From the NCBI GenBank assembly GCA_024399175.1, contig JAKSHU010000001.1, positions 1 through 43,602 on the forward strand: DNA of 43,602 nt. Reading direction: 5' to 3'. Shown here piece by piece: positions 27,025 through 36,223 of this stretch. Below the pieces are notes generated by a model. That model was given only the letters and a program-made list of their open reading frames with translations. It was not told the origin of the DNA and did no database searches. This DNA is from an archaeon. Its GTDB lineage: Archaea > Thermoplasmatota > Thermoplasmata > Methanomassiliicoccales > Methanomethylophilaceae. Positions within the stretch are counted from its first letter, which is position 1. Every line of letters begins with the position of its first letter. The translations under genes and the position numbers were made by a program.

Positions 27025-28134
27025 ATCAAGAAGGTACATCGTCCCGTGCAGACCCAGGACAGGGTTCATCCCGAAATCCACCTTTCTCGAGGGGAATCCG
27101 ACATCTATGCACCGCTGGCATCCACCGGACGCCTTCTCAGTCACACATCTGTCCCCCTCCGCGAAGAGATAATCGTAATCCATATCTGACTCGAGCATCG
27201 AGAACGACTTCACGAGGAACCTAGTCAGCGGCGCCCTCACCGATTCGGGCGCGGACACATGGAAGGTCCTCCCACGCAGGTCCCTACCGGTGGCACGGAT
27301 GCAGTCATATGCACGTCTTCTGAACCTCCGCAGCCTCTCCAGTGCGGGGGAACAGTCCCTCCCGGTGGATTCCGCGATCCTGCGATAGAACGACTCCGTG
27401 GCATCGAACCCGACAGGGGACTCCTCGGCCGACACCACCTCCACCCCCCGTTCAGCATAATATGAGCGGGTCGCCACGGAATACTCAGGAGAGATGTCAA
27501 TGCACCACTCGGTATTCACCGAGTCGATCAGCTGGTCGACCGTGCAGCCCGCCCCTGCGAAGCAGATGACCTCCAGACCCATATCGCCGAGGATGTCGCA
27601 TAACTCCTCCTCGAACGTCCTCCAGTCCTTGTGCATTATGCTGAGTCCGGTGACGACCACCGTACCGGGTCTGACGGTCTTCCCCTCGGAGGTGATCTTC
27701 TCCAGCGTGGAACGGATGGCACGATCGAATCCGACCCAGACCTCCTCGCCGAGTTCCGAGCTGTCGATCACCATCGAGGGAATCCGTGGACCGCAGTCCC
27801 CGAGTGCTCTGGCACAGTCGTCACCCACGATGGAGATTCCCGGAGAGCAGAGGAGCGCGATGAACCGGTAGTCCTCGCGCGACACAAGGTCCAAGGCCCT
27901 CACCAGCTTTCCCATGCTCCTGCCGGTGTAGTCCCCCTGGTTGATCCCGGAGAAGGGAACCACCGACACCCCGTCGTAGACGGGCAGGTCTACATCCCTC
28001 TCCGGACGGGGACACATCCTCCGCGAGAGAAGAAGTCCCTTCCTGCATCCGTTCTGTCCGTGCAGCATGGCAGTGGCATCGACGACGCCCTCGATGGCCA
28101 TCACCGCACCGACGAAACCGTCAGGGCGGTTCAT
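27010..28134 (-). CDS. Nitrogenase component-1-like subunit (NifK/N-like, short, 374 aa)
   Basis: PDGFVGA..AIEG...LHGQNGCRKG, CSPG..IVGDD, GAGC and SPVGFDA. The start overlaps the stop of the NifH fusion (TGATG). Confidence 0.8.
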   Translation of the reverse strand: MNRPDGFVGAVMAIEGVVDATAMLHGQNGCRKGLLLSRRMCPRPERDVDLPVYDGVSVVPFSGINQGDYTGRSMGKLVRALDLVSREDYRFIALLCSPGISIVGDDCARALGDCGPRIPSMVIDSSELGEEVWVGFDRAIRSTLEKITSEGKTVRPGTVVVTGLSIMHKDWRTFEEELCDILGDMGLEVICFAGAGCTVDQLIDSVNTEWCIDISPEYSVATRSYYAERGVEVVSAEESPVGFDATESFYRRIAESTGRDCSPALERLRRFRRRAYDCIRATGRDLRGRTFHVSAPESVRAPLTRFLVKSFSMLESDMDYDYLFAEGDRCVTEKASGGCQRCIDVGFPSRKVDFGMNPVLGLHGTMYLLDSLFL

Positions 28135-30257
28135 CACTCGATCCCCCATGACTTCCAACCCGGTTCGGACGCGGTCCGGAGGAGATTGCCCACCCTGCGC
28201 AGGAACAGTATGGATGCCCTGTGTGCCAGCGTGGTGGTCGGAAACGGCTCGCACGTGATGCCCTCGATACGTCTGATGGAACGAGGGGAGCCGACCACCA
28301 GATCGGGATGATCGTCCGCGAGGGCGCGGACCATCTCCAGATGATTCGTATGCTGACGGACCGCTCCCAGATGATCCCCGACAGGGCCCTTGCCGAGGAC
28401 GTGCACGACAACCTCCCCCGCGAGGGCATCCATAAGGGCCTCCTCCATCCACCGAGTACTCTCCGAGCGATCATCCACGATTGCGAACCTCCTTCCCCGG
28501 ATGAACGGAACGACCTCGTCTAGAGCAGACCGGTAGACCTCGCCCATGCGTTCCGCCACATCCGCGGCGACGAAGGGCTGCTCGAACATCCTCCCCATGT
28601 GCAGGACCCACTCCCTTCCCTCGCGATACCCGCGGGGCAGAGGACGTTTGGCGACCCTGACCCCCTTCTCACGGAGGATCCTGGCCAGTTCCTCATTGTC
28701 CGGTGTGTCCTCGGCCTTGAAGAACATGTATGATGTTCCCAGTCTCCGGACGTCATCCAGAGTGCAGTCCTGCAGGAATCCTGTGCCGACTGTCTTCCCG
28801 AACGGCCCCATTAGTTCCGCGAGGATCTCATGGTCCCGCCCACGTTCCGTGACGAGGAAGTTGTCATCAAGGATGCGCACCGTGTGCCCGTCGGAGGTCA
28901 GCGAGGTGTCGATGAGTCCGGCGATGGCCTTCAGGACCACCATATGGGCGTCCACCCCGTTCATCGCCTCGTTGGCGTTTATCACCGCCACCCTGGTCCT
29001 GGGGTGACGGACCTCGATGTCCCTGACCGCCCTGTCGACATCATCACCGATCATGTTGACGAGGCATGTGAGGATCACCAGGATGAATCCGTGATCGCGG
29101 GCCAGTTCATCCAGAATACTGCCGAGTTTCCCGGCACCCCCGAAAACGGCGTCCACATCCCGCATGTCCGTGCAGAGGCGATTGCCACCCGAACCGACTC
29201 TGGCATCCGGGTCTGCGAACAGATGTTCCAGACGCATCTCGCGGATCTCGTTCAGCATGCTGTATCCGCACGTCCTGCTCCCGTGTATCACGACTGGCAC
29301 ATCCATTAGTCTTCCTGCGGTCAGGGCCGCCCCGACGGGCCCCATACCTATGCGTCTGACCGGGGCGAAAGCCTCGAACGAGGGCGGTCTGATAGACCCG
29401 ACGATGGGGGAACGGGACGTGTACTCCCCGTTTCCTGCGACGCATCCCTCGGAAACGAGCTGGTCCAGCTGGGAATCGGCGAGTGGCATCGGACGGTGAC
29501 AGGGCCTCAGGCCACGTTCCACGGACACGAGATGTTCCGCGAGCATCGAGAACACACCGGCCTCGCATGAATCGGGGAACATCTCGCACAGCGTGCACCT
29601 TCCCTCCTCTGCTCTGGAGAACAACGGCGAACGAGGGATTCTGGCGATTACCGGCACACCTGTGGCACGGGAGAACTCCTCGACCGCGACCTCCTCTCTG
29701 GGGGACCCCCGGGAGTTGAACACGATCCCCGCAAGTCTCGGCCTGTCGGTCTCGAAGTTGAGAAGGCCCCTCATGATGTTGTTGGCGGCATAAAGCGACA
29801 TGAACTCCCCTGAGGTCACTATCAGGACCAGATCGGAATGGTCTGGACGCATCGGAACGGCAAATCCACCACACACCACGTCGCCCAGCACGTCATAGAG
29901 GATGACATCGTGCTCCACCTCGGCAAGACCCAGTCTCTCCAAGGTCTGGAACATCGTCAATATGCCCTTTCCGGCACAGCCGATTCCGGGTTCGGGACCT
30001 CCCGCCTCGATACACCTGACCCCTGCGGAACCGGTCGCCATCATCTGGTCGAGTCTTCTCCCGGAGGGAGGAACTGCGCGGACCACATCTAGAACAGAGT
30101 CAAGGTGACGTCCTTTCAGGAGCGCCCTGCAGGAGTCCTGCTTGGGATCGCATCCTATCTGGATCACCTTCCGATGCCCCATGGCCAGCGCATACGACAG
30201 ATTCGAGGATATCGTAGATTTGCCTATACCCCCCTTGCCATACACCGCTATCTCCAC
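28134..30257 (-). CDS. Nitrogenase-like fusion: NifH-type Fe-protein domain plus NifD/E-like component-1 domain
   Basis: YGKGGIGKST, GCDPK, EAGGPEPGIGCAGKG and YDVLGDVVCGGFA, followed by IHGSRTC, FGG..KL and TCLVNMIGDD. SD GAGGTG before the GTG start. Confidence 0.9.
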   Translation of the reverse strand: MEIAVYGKGGIGKSTISSNLSYALAMGHRKVIQIGCDPKQDSCRALLKGRHLDSVLDVVRAVPPSGRRLDQMMATGSAGVRCIEAGGPEPGIGCAGKGILTMFQTLERLGLAEVEHDVILYDVLGDVVCGGFAVPMRPDHSDLVLIVTSGEFMSLYAANNIMRGLLNFETDRPRLAGIVFNSRGSPREEVAVEEFSRATGVPVIARIPRSPLFSRAEEGRCTLCEMFPDSCEAGVFSMLAEHLVSVERGLRPCHRPMPLADSQLDQLVSEGCVAGNGEYTSRSPIVGSIRPPSFEAFAPVRRIGMGPVGAALTAGRLMDVPVVIHGSRTCGYSMLNEIREMRLEHLFADPDARVGSGGNRLCTDMRDVDAVFGGAGKLGSILDELARDHGFILVILTCLVNMIGDDVDRAVRDIEVRHPRTRVAVINANEAMNGVDAHMVVLKAIAGLIDTSLTSDGHTVRILDDNFLVTERGRDHEILAELMGPFGKTVGTGFLQDCTLDDVRRLGTSYMFFKAEDTPDNEELARILREKGVRVAKRPLPRGYREGREWVLHMGRMFEQPFVAADVAERMGEVYRSALDEVVPFIRGRRFAIVDDRSESTRWMEEALMDALAGEVVVHVLGKGPVGDHLGAVRQHTNHLEMVRALADDHPDLVVGSPRSIRRIEGITCEPFPTTTLAHRASILFLRRVGNLLRTASEPGWKSWGIE

Positions 30258-30268
30258 AATGCCACCTC

Positions 30269-30290
30269 TTGGATTACCATTCCATCCAAG
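30269..30290. promoter_or_regulatory. Palindrome upstream of the nitrogenase-like operon
   Basis: TTGGA-TTACCAT-TCCAT (30269-30285) within CTTGGAT-N9-ATCCAAG, abutting the SD. Confidence 0.5.
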
Positions 30291-30379
30291 GGGAGGATAT
30301 TAACTGTGACTCTGTCGAACAAATTTTACGGCAATTCCGCCTTTATATACAGATGGTTGCCAGATGACTGCCTGGCACA

Positions 30380-31333
30380 TCACATCGTGAGTGATGGGAA
30401 CACCACCATCAGGGCGGTGTATGCCACGTAGATGCCGACGAGAAGACATCCGAACGGCCTGCTTATCCTTCCCTTCCAGCGGACCATCGCGTACATCAGG
30501 ACGGACAGGAGGATCACCACGGGCACGTGGAAGTAGAGGACCTGCTCCGAGACGGTGATGGTGGAGAGCACCGCACCGGTTCCGAGGACGGCGGTGACGT
30601 TGAAGATGTTGCTTCCGACGATGTTGCTGACCGCGAGCTCGTTCTCTCCGCGCCTGGAGGCAAGGAGGCAGATGCAGATCTCGGGCAGAGAGGTTCCGAT
30701 GGCTACGACGATGAGTCCGACGAGAAGGTCGGAGATGCCGATCATGTGCGCCAGCTCGGTGGCACCCTCCACGAAGAACTTGGCTCCGAAGTACAGCAGG
30801 ACAAGTCCGAGAACGATGAGAATCAGCATCCTGGGATATCCCATCTGGGTTCCCTCCACCTCCGAGAGATAGGCCTCCTGGGAGGACCTGTCGTTCCTCT
30901 TGAGGAGGTACACCAGTGCGAGGAACGCAACGAGGATCAGGAGCAGCATCACTCCGACGACCGTGCTGAACGAACCGAGAAGGGCCAGTCCGAGCATCAG
31001 AAGGGAGGTGAGGACGACGGCGGTGATCTCGACCTTCATCGTCCTGTATTCGGCGACCATCGGACAGACGAGGGCCGCGAGACCTATCGCCAGACCTATG
31101 TTGGCGATGTTGCTTCCTATCGCGTTTCCAAGGATCAGGTCCGGTGTGTCGGCACTGACGATGGAGGTTATGATCTCGGGTGCGGACGAACCGAACGCGA
31201 TGACGGTGAGACCTACCACGAACGGGGCGATCCCCAGTTTGAGTGCGAGGTTCTTGGCACCGTCCACAAGCCATTCAGATCCGAAATAGAGCATGACAAT
31301 GCCGAGAGGTATTCCGAGAAGCACCCATTCCAT
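30380..31333 (-). CDS. Ca2+/Na+ antiporter (CaCA, YrbG-like)
   Basis: Alpha repeats GSSAPE...GNAIGSNIAN and GTSLPE...SNIVGSNIFN. Confidence 0.93.
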   Translation of the reverse strand: MEWVLLGIPLGIVMLYFGSEWLVDGAKNLALKLGIAPFVVGLTVIAFGSSAPEIITSIVSADTPDLILGNAIGSNIANIGLAIGLAALVCPMVAEYRTMKVEITAVVLTSLLMLGLALLGSFSTVVGVMLLLILVAFLALVYLLKRNDRSSQEAYLSEVEGTQMGYPRMLILIVLGLVLLYFGAKFFVEGATELAHMIGISDLLVGLIVVAIGTSLPEICICLLASRRGENELAVSNIVGSNIFNVTAVLGTGAVLSTITVSEQVLYFHVPVVILLSVLMYAMVRWKGRISRPFGCLLVGIYVAYTALMVVFPSLTM

Positions 31334-31432
31334 GACCTGTCCCAGTTCGTCCCCCTATATATACTTCCCAGAGAGCGGGCAGACTCAGCCAACATGCTTA
31401 TAATATTGGTGCGACTGGAAGGGTGCGGTAAC

Positions 31433-31825
31433 ATGGCAATACTTGTCGCATACGACGGAAGGGAGCACACGAAGAAGGCATTGGACTATGCCATCGAGGA
31501 ATCCGTTGTAAAGAAAACCAAGCTCTACGTATTCTCCGCGATCATCTCCAAGGACCAGCTCGACAGGGACGAGGAGATGACCCAGGTGGAGAAATACATG
31601 GATGAGGCACTGGCACTCGGAAAGGACAGGGACTGCGACATCCAGACCGTACTCGGTTCCGGAGCACCCGCCAAGGGAATCCTCGAGGCCGCAGAGCGCT
31701 TCGGATGCGACACCATCGTCGTCGGACGTGCGACCAACAAGAGCGCGTTCGACCGTGCCGTCCTGGGAAGCGTGTCCGATGCCGTCGTCCGCAACGCGAA
31801 GTGCGTCGTCGTCATCGTCCAGTAA
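31433..31825 (+). CDS. Universal stress protein (Usp)
   Basis: ILVAYDG, DTIVVG and LGSVSDAVVRNAKCVVVIV. This is the 3' part of track ORF 30527..31825. Confidence 0.93.
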   Translation: MAILVAYDGREHTKKALDYAIEESVVKKTKLYVFSAIISKDQLDRDEEMTQVEKYMDEALALGKDRDCDIQTVLGSGAPAKGILEAAERFGCDTIVVGRATNKSAFDRAVLGSVSDAVVRNAKCVVVIVQ

Positions 31826-31846
31826 AAACTACAATAAGGATTATCA

Positions 31847-31884
31847 CCGGGGCGGGACCGTTCCCATCCCCGGCTTGTTTTGTT
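31847..31884 (+). terminator. Hairpin plus T-rich tract between convergent usp and the Ehr operon
   Basis: CCGGGGCGGGA-CCGT-TCCCATCCCCGG followed by CTTGTTTTGTT. Confidence 0.5.
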
Positions 31885-32621
31885 CAGTGTCTCAGGCCGA
31901 GAGCCTTGATCAGGGACACAATCATTCCGTTCGGTGTGGGAGGACATCCCACCACGAAGATGTCCGCGGGGAGGGTGTCGGAGATTCCCTCGCCCACCAC
32001 GTCCCCGGTGACGAACAGTCCGCCGGAGATGGCACAGGTTCCGCAGGCCACGACCAGCTTGGGGTTGGGCACCGCGTCATAGGTCTTCTGTGCCGCGACC
32101 AGCATGTTGCGGGTCATCGGACCGGTCACGAGGAGGGCATCGGCATGCCTGGGGGACGGGGTCACCTTGATCCCGAACCTCTCCATGTCGTAGTACTTGT
32201 TGCCCCTCGCGTTGGCCTCGGACTCGCAGGCGTTGCAGGATCCGGTGTCGAGCTCCCTGATGGCCACGGAACCACGCACGGCCTTCGTCTTCTCGCGGGG
32301 GAGCTGTCCCTCGACGTCCCTGCTCTCCCCGGCGAGGAACACAAGGTCCTCCCTACGGAGCGCGTAATGGGGTGCGGGCACGGAGCTGATGTGCTCGCAG
32401 ATGTCGTAGCAGTCACGGCAGAACACGCACCTTCCGAGGTCCACGGACCACCTTCCCTCACTGATGACGATGGCCCTGCCGGAGCAGGCGCGGGCGCACC
32501 TTCCGCAGAGGGTGCATTCGGAGTTCGGATCGGGACGGCTGAGCCTCTTGGCCTCCAGCTGCTCGAAGGGTTCGACGGGCTTTGCGTCGGATACGAGATT
32601 CTTGAGAGTTTTCTGATACAT
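31884..32621 (-). CDS. Ehr/Hyf small subunit: 2x[4Fe-4S] ferredoxin domain fused to a NuoB/HyfI-like domain
   Basis: CTLCGRCARAC and CVFCRDCYDIC, then GSCNACE, SPRHAD, GTCAISGG and GCPPTP. Confidence 0.9.
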   Translation of the reverse strand: MYQKTLKNLVSDAKPVEPFEQLEAKRLSRPDPNSECTLCGRCARACSGRAIVISEGRWSVDLGRCVFCRDCYDICEHISSVPAPHYALRREDLVFLAGESRDVEGQLPREKTKAVRGSVAIRELDTGSCNACESEANARGNKYYDMERFGIKVTPSPRHADALLVTGPMTRNMLVAAQKTYDAVPNPKLVVACGTCAISGGLFVTGDVVGEGISDTLPADIFVVGCPPTPNGMIVSLIKALGLRH

Positions 32622-32633
32622 CTTCGCCCACCT

Positions 32634-34091
32634 TCAGAGATCGTTTCCACTGTATGAGAGATTGAAGCTCTTGTTCACCAGAGGGAAGTCCGCCACGATG
32701 TTGCCGGGCAGCGCCCTCTCCAGGGCCAGCCAGTTGATGAACGACGGATCCCTGATCCTGTACCTCCAGATCTCGCCCTCGGTGATCTCGGCGCAGTGCA
32801 CAAGCTCTCCGCGGGGAGCCTCGACTATTCCAAGACCCAGACCATCAGCGGTGCGCACCTCGGTCCTGAGGGGGCCGGGGCGGATCTGGTCGAGGCACTG
32901 GTTGATGATGCTGGTGGACTCGACGATCTCGCCGGCCTTCACGAGCATCCTGGAGTAGACGTCTCCCTTCTCACGGGTGAAGACACGGAATCCCACGTCG
33001 CCATAGGCGTCGTAGGGCCTCTCCTTCCTGACGTCCGTCTTGACACCGCTGGCCCTCGCCGCGGGTCCGAGCGCGCGGTACTCGACAGCATCCTTGTGTG
33101 TGAGCACGCCGGTGGTCTCCACACGGTCCATCAGGAACGAGGACCCCTCCATCATGCCGACGAGCTCCTCGATGTCGAAGCTGACCTTCAGGATGCGGTT
33201 CTGGATCTCCCTGAGACTGTCATCGGAGATGTCCCTCCTGACACCCCCTGGCACTATGGTTCCCATCAGGAACCTGTGTCCTCCGATGATCTCGTTGAGG
33301 CGGAGGATCTTCTCCTTGATTCCGGCCGCGTAGGCGGCGGGGACGGAGAATCCGGTGTCCTGCGCGATGCCGCCGATGTCACCGAAATGGCAGTAGATCC
33401 TCTCCAGCTCGGCGAAGATGGTCCTGAGGAGCCTCGCACGCTCAGGGACCTCGGTCTCGCCCTCCATCGCATGGGCATAGGCGAGGGCGTTGGCCACGGC
33501 GGTGTCACCGGAGACCCTCTCGATGATGCGGGTGCGGTCGGTCTCCGTGAATCCCTCCATCAGCTTCTCGATTCCGCGGTAGGTGTATCCCATATGGGTC
33601 CTGAGCTTGAGGATGGGCTCGCCTGCGACGGAGAACCTGAAGTGTCCGGGCTCGATGATTCCCGCGTGGACGGGTCCGACGGGGATCTCGAAGATGCCGT
33701 CTCCCTCCATCCTGTTGTCCGGGATCGGACGGAAGACCCTCTCCTCCGGGAGGGAGGCCTTCTGCAGGGGATAGGCATCCTTGTAGGCCCACTGCAGCCT
33801 CTGGGGACCGTAGTGTTCGGCCATGTGGGGGTTGAGACCGCTCATCTCGTGCATCTCCCTCTCGTAGGGACGGGTCTGGGGGACCTCGGTGTGGATCATG
33901 TCGTATGTGTCCGACTCCAGAGGGGTGAAGAGGGAGAGGATCTCCGCGTCCCTCCTCAGGACGGTGCGGATCCCTCTGGACATCTTCCCCTCCTCGACGG
34001 CGTACATGCACATTATTCCGTAGCCGTCGATGAGCTTGAGCTGGAGTCTCTCCTGCAGTCTGTCAATGGGTACAACGAATTCCGGGTTCAT
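32634..34091 (-). CDS. Ehr large subunit (HyfG/HycE/NuoCD-like) lacking the NiFe-binding cysteines
   Basis: YEREMHE, VGPVHAGIIEPGHFRF, RGIEK and EAPRGE. The L1 motif reads ERVSGD and the C-terminus reads DFPLVNKSFNLSYSGNDL instead of the CxxC motifs. Confidence 0.92.
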   Translation of the reverse strand: MNPEFVVPIDRLQERLQLKLIDGYGIMCMYAVEEGKMSRGIRTVLRRDAEILSLFTPLESDTYDMIHTEVPQTRPYEREMHEMSGLNPHMAEHYGPQRLQWAYKDAYPLQKASLPEERVFRPIPDNRMEGDGIFEIPVGPVHAGIIEPGHFRFSVAGEPILKLRTHMGYTYRGIEKLMEGFTETDRTRIIERVSGDTAVANALAYAHAMEGETEVPERARLLRTIFAELERIYCHFGDIGGIAQDTGFSVPAAYAAGIKEKILRLNEIIGGHRFLMGTIVPGGVRRDISDDSLREIQNRILKVSFDIEELVGMMEGSSFLMDRVETTGVLTHKDAVEYRALGPAARASGVKTDVRKERPYDAYGDVGFRVFTREKGDVYSRMLVKAGEIVESTSIINQCLDQIRPGPLRTEVRTADGLGLGIVEAPRGELVHCAEITEGEIWRYRIRDPSFINWLALERALPGNIVADFPLVNKSFNLSYSGNDL

Positions 34092-35557
34092 ATCACACCT
34101 CCGAAGACGGTGTTGACGATATTGGTGAGCGCCGCGGACATCTCGTGGGGGACGAACACGCCCAGCAGGATGATTCCGACGACGAGGATGAGGAACGGCG
34201 CGTGGCGGGAGATTCCCGGCGGGTCGTGGACATCCATGGTGGTCTCTCCGGTGAGCATAGGGTAGATGTGCCTGGCGAATCCGGAGAAGATTATGATGAT
34301 CAGGATCACCGCGATGACCAGCAGATACCACATTCCGGCATCCGCCAGCGCGAGGAACAGGAAGAAATCGCCCATGAAGACCGCGAACGGGGGCATGCCC
34401 ACGACGGCGAGGGCTCCGATCGACAGCAACGCAGCGGTGAAGGGCATCTTGGTGCCCATTCCGCGGACGATGTCCATGTTCTTGGTTCCGTAAGCCTGCA
34501 TGATGTTTCCCGCACAGAAGAACAGGATGGGCTTGGTGAGGGAGTGGGCCATCACCATGAAGAGTCCCGCGTAGATCGACAGCTCGCTGCCGATTCCGAA
34601 GGCGATGGATATCAGTCCGATGTGCTCGATGCTGGAGTAGGCGAGCATCCTCTTGATGTCACGGGCGTTCAGGATGAACATCGCCGCGATGAACAGAGAG
34701 AGGAATCCGAAGATGATCAGCAGGGTCGAGGTGAACTCGGGGATGGTGATCTCCGAGATGGCGTAGAACCTGAGGATGCTATACAGGGCGCAGTTCAGCA
34801 GGGTCGCCGAGAGCAGCGCGGACACGGGGGTCGGGGCCTGGCTGTGGGCGTCGGGGAGCCATGTGTGCATGGGCGCGAATCCGGCCTTGGTTCCGAAACC
34901 GATGACGATGAAGACCATCGCGGTCTTGAGCAGGGCGGGGTCAAGGTAGGGCGCGGAGGCCATCAGGACCTTCCAGTCGAGGGCCATGGACTCCTCGGGA
35001 ACTGCCTGGTACGCAGAGGCGTACACGAGGGAGATGCCGATGAGTGCCAGAGTGATTCCGATGGAGCAGATGATGAGGTATTTCCAGGCGGCCTCGGTGG
35101 ACCTCTCGTCGTGATAGAATCCGACCAGGAAGGTGGAGATCAGGGTGGTGACCTCGATGACGATCCAGACCATTCCCACGGAGGACACGGAGTAGACCGC
35201 CAGCATGACCGCGACGAAGAGGTTGAGGTAGAGGTAGTAGTACTTCTCCGATCCGGTCTTCAGGACCCTCTCCTCCCTCTCGTGTCCCAGGTATCCGCGG
35301 GAGTAGAGGGCGACCATCAGGGCGACGGTGGAGGTGATCATCATGAAGAACGAGGACATCGCGTCCACGTACCAGAATCCGTACTCCACGACGGTGCCGT
35401 CGAGGAAGATGGGTCCGCAGACGTAGAACGTGTAGGCGGTGCCGAGGATCGCCAGGGCGATCGACAGGTAGGAGATTATGCGCTCCCTCGGGGAGAGGAA
35501 GCAGAGGATTCCGGAGATGACCGGGATCAGCAGGATGAACTCGACAGGGAAGTTCAA
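34088..35557 (-). CDS. hyfF: HyfF-like antiporter-type membrane subunit (NuoL/M/N family)
   Basis: IEVTTL, EAAWKY, GFGTKAGFAPMHTWLPDAHSQAP, KRMLAYSSIEH and AHSLTK. TTG start inferred from a TTGA overlap with hyfE. Confidence 0.88.
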   Translation of the reverse strand: MNFPVEFILLIPVISGILCFLSPRERIISYLSIALAILGTAYTFYVCGPIFLDGTVVEYGFWYVDAMSSFFMMITSTVALMVALYSRGYLGHEREERVLKTGSEKYYYLYLNLFVAVMLAVYSVSSVGMVWIVIEVTTLISTFLVGFYHDERSTEAAWKYLIICSIGITLALIGISLVYASAYQAVPEESMALDWKVLMASAPYLDPALLKTAMVFIVIGFGTKAGFAPMHTWLPDAHSQAPTPVSALLSATLLNCALYSILRFYAISEITIPEFTSTLLIIFGFLSLFIAAMFILNARDIKRMLAYSSIEHIGLISIAFGIGSELSIYAGLFMVMAHSLTKPILFFCAGNIMQAYGTKNMDIVRGMGTKMPFTAALLSIGALAVVGMPPFAVFMGDFFLFLALADAGMWYLLVIAVILIIIIFSGFARHIYPMLTGETTMDVHDPPGISRHAPFLILVVGIILLGVFVPHEMSAALTNIVNTVFGGVI

Positions 35558-36213
35558 TCCTTCAGCCTCCTGAGGAACGAGGTGTCGACGGAGTTGAAGG
35601 TGCGGTTGATCCTGTATGCGAAGATTCCGAGGATGACCACAGCGATGATGACATCGAAGAAGACTCCGAACTCGACGATGAGGGGCATTCCATAGGAGAT
35701 GGTCAGGGTTCCGAGGAACAGACCGTTCTCCACGAGGAGCAGACCGACGGACTCGGTGAGCGCCTTCCTGCGGGAGGTCATCATGAACATTCCGATGAGG
35801 ACGATCGACAGGGACACCGCGAAGCAGGTGCCTCCGAGGGTGTCGAGGGACCCCATGAGGGGTTCCGCCACCAGATAGGCGATGAAGATCATCGCGGCGC
35901 AGATGAGCAGGCTTCCGGGGATGCCGACTATCGGCTCGATCTCCCTCTCCATGTTGATCTTGTTCATGGTGTATTTCAGGAACTTGGGGATGACGACGAC
36001 CTTCAGGACGAGCGTCAGTGCACAGGTGATGTAGATGTGCCAGTTCTTGGTGTAGAACGCGACGAAGAACGCGATGACCGCGAGCACTAGGGAGTGCAGC
36101 GCGAAGTGCTGGACCAGCTTGCCCATGCGGGTGGTGGTGATGGACAGGACCGAGAGCAGCAGCATCAGGATGGCGCACACGTCGATGATGTTTTCGTAAA
36201 GTATCTCTTCCAT
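35554..36213 (-). CDS. hyfE: HyfE-like membrane subunit
   Basis: LKVVVIP, SRRKAL..VGLLLVENG and PLIVEFGVFFD; operon position. Confidence 0.88.
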   Translation of the reverse strand: MEEILYENIIDVCAILMLLLSVLSITTTRMGKLVQHFALHSLVLAVIAFFVAFYTKNWHIYITCALTLVLKVVVIPKFLKYTMNKINMEREIEPIVGIPGSLLICAAMIFIAYLVAEPLMGSLDTLGGTCFAVSLSIVLIGMFMMTSRRKALTESVGLLLVENGLFLGTLTISYGMPLIVEFGVFFDVIIAVVILGIFAYRINRTFNSVDTSFLRRLKD

Positions 36214-36223
36214 TTGCAGCGCC

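Noticed and set aside
27010-30257. Nitrogen fixation (nifHDK) or cfbCD call
   Set aside because: Fused architecture, missing P-cluster/FeMoco ligands, a short second subunit and no nifB/E/N. CfbC and CfbD are separate proteins with a single component-1 type.
30271-30283. NrpR operator upstream of the nif-like operon (also GGAA..TTCC at 18754-18769)
   Set aside because: The NrpR site is GGAA-N6-TTCC; these are GGAT-N5-TTCC and GGAA-N8-TTCC.
7985-32215. Scattered odd residues in conserved motifs (HisD MNVGPGN, AriA-like SSSGEKQ, permease NRCLSPAS, Ehr small subunit ANARGN)
   Set aside because: Each could be natural drift or a consensus error and cannot be interpreted without reads or alignments. 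They are a caution for all single-residue claims above.
32634-34091. Functional [NiFe] hydrogenase-4 / formate hydrogenlyase
   Set aside because: Both CxxC Ni-binding motifs are absent.
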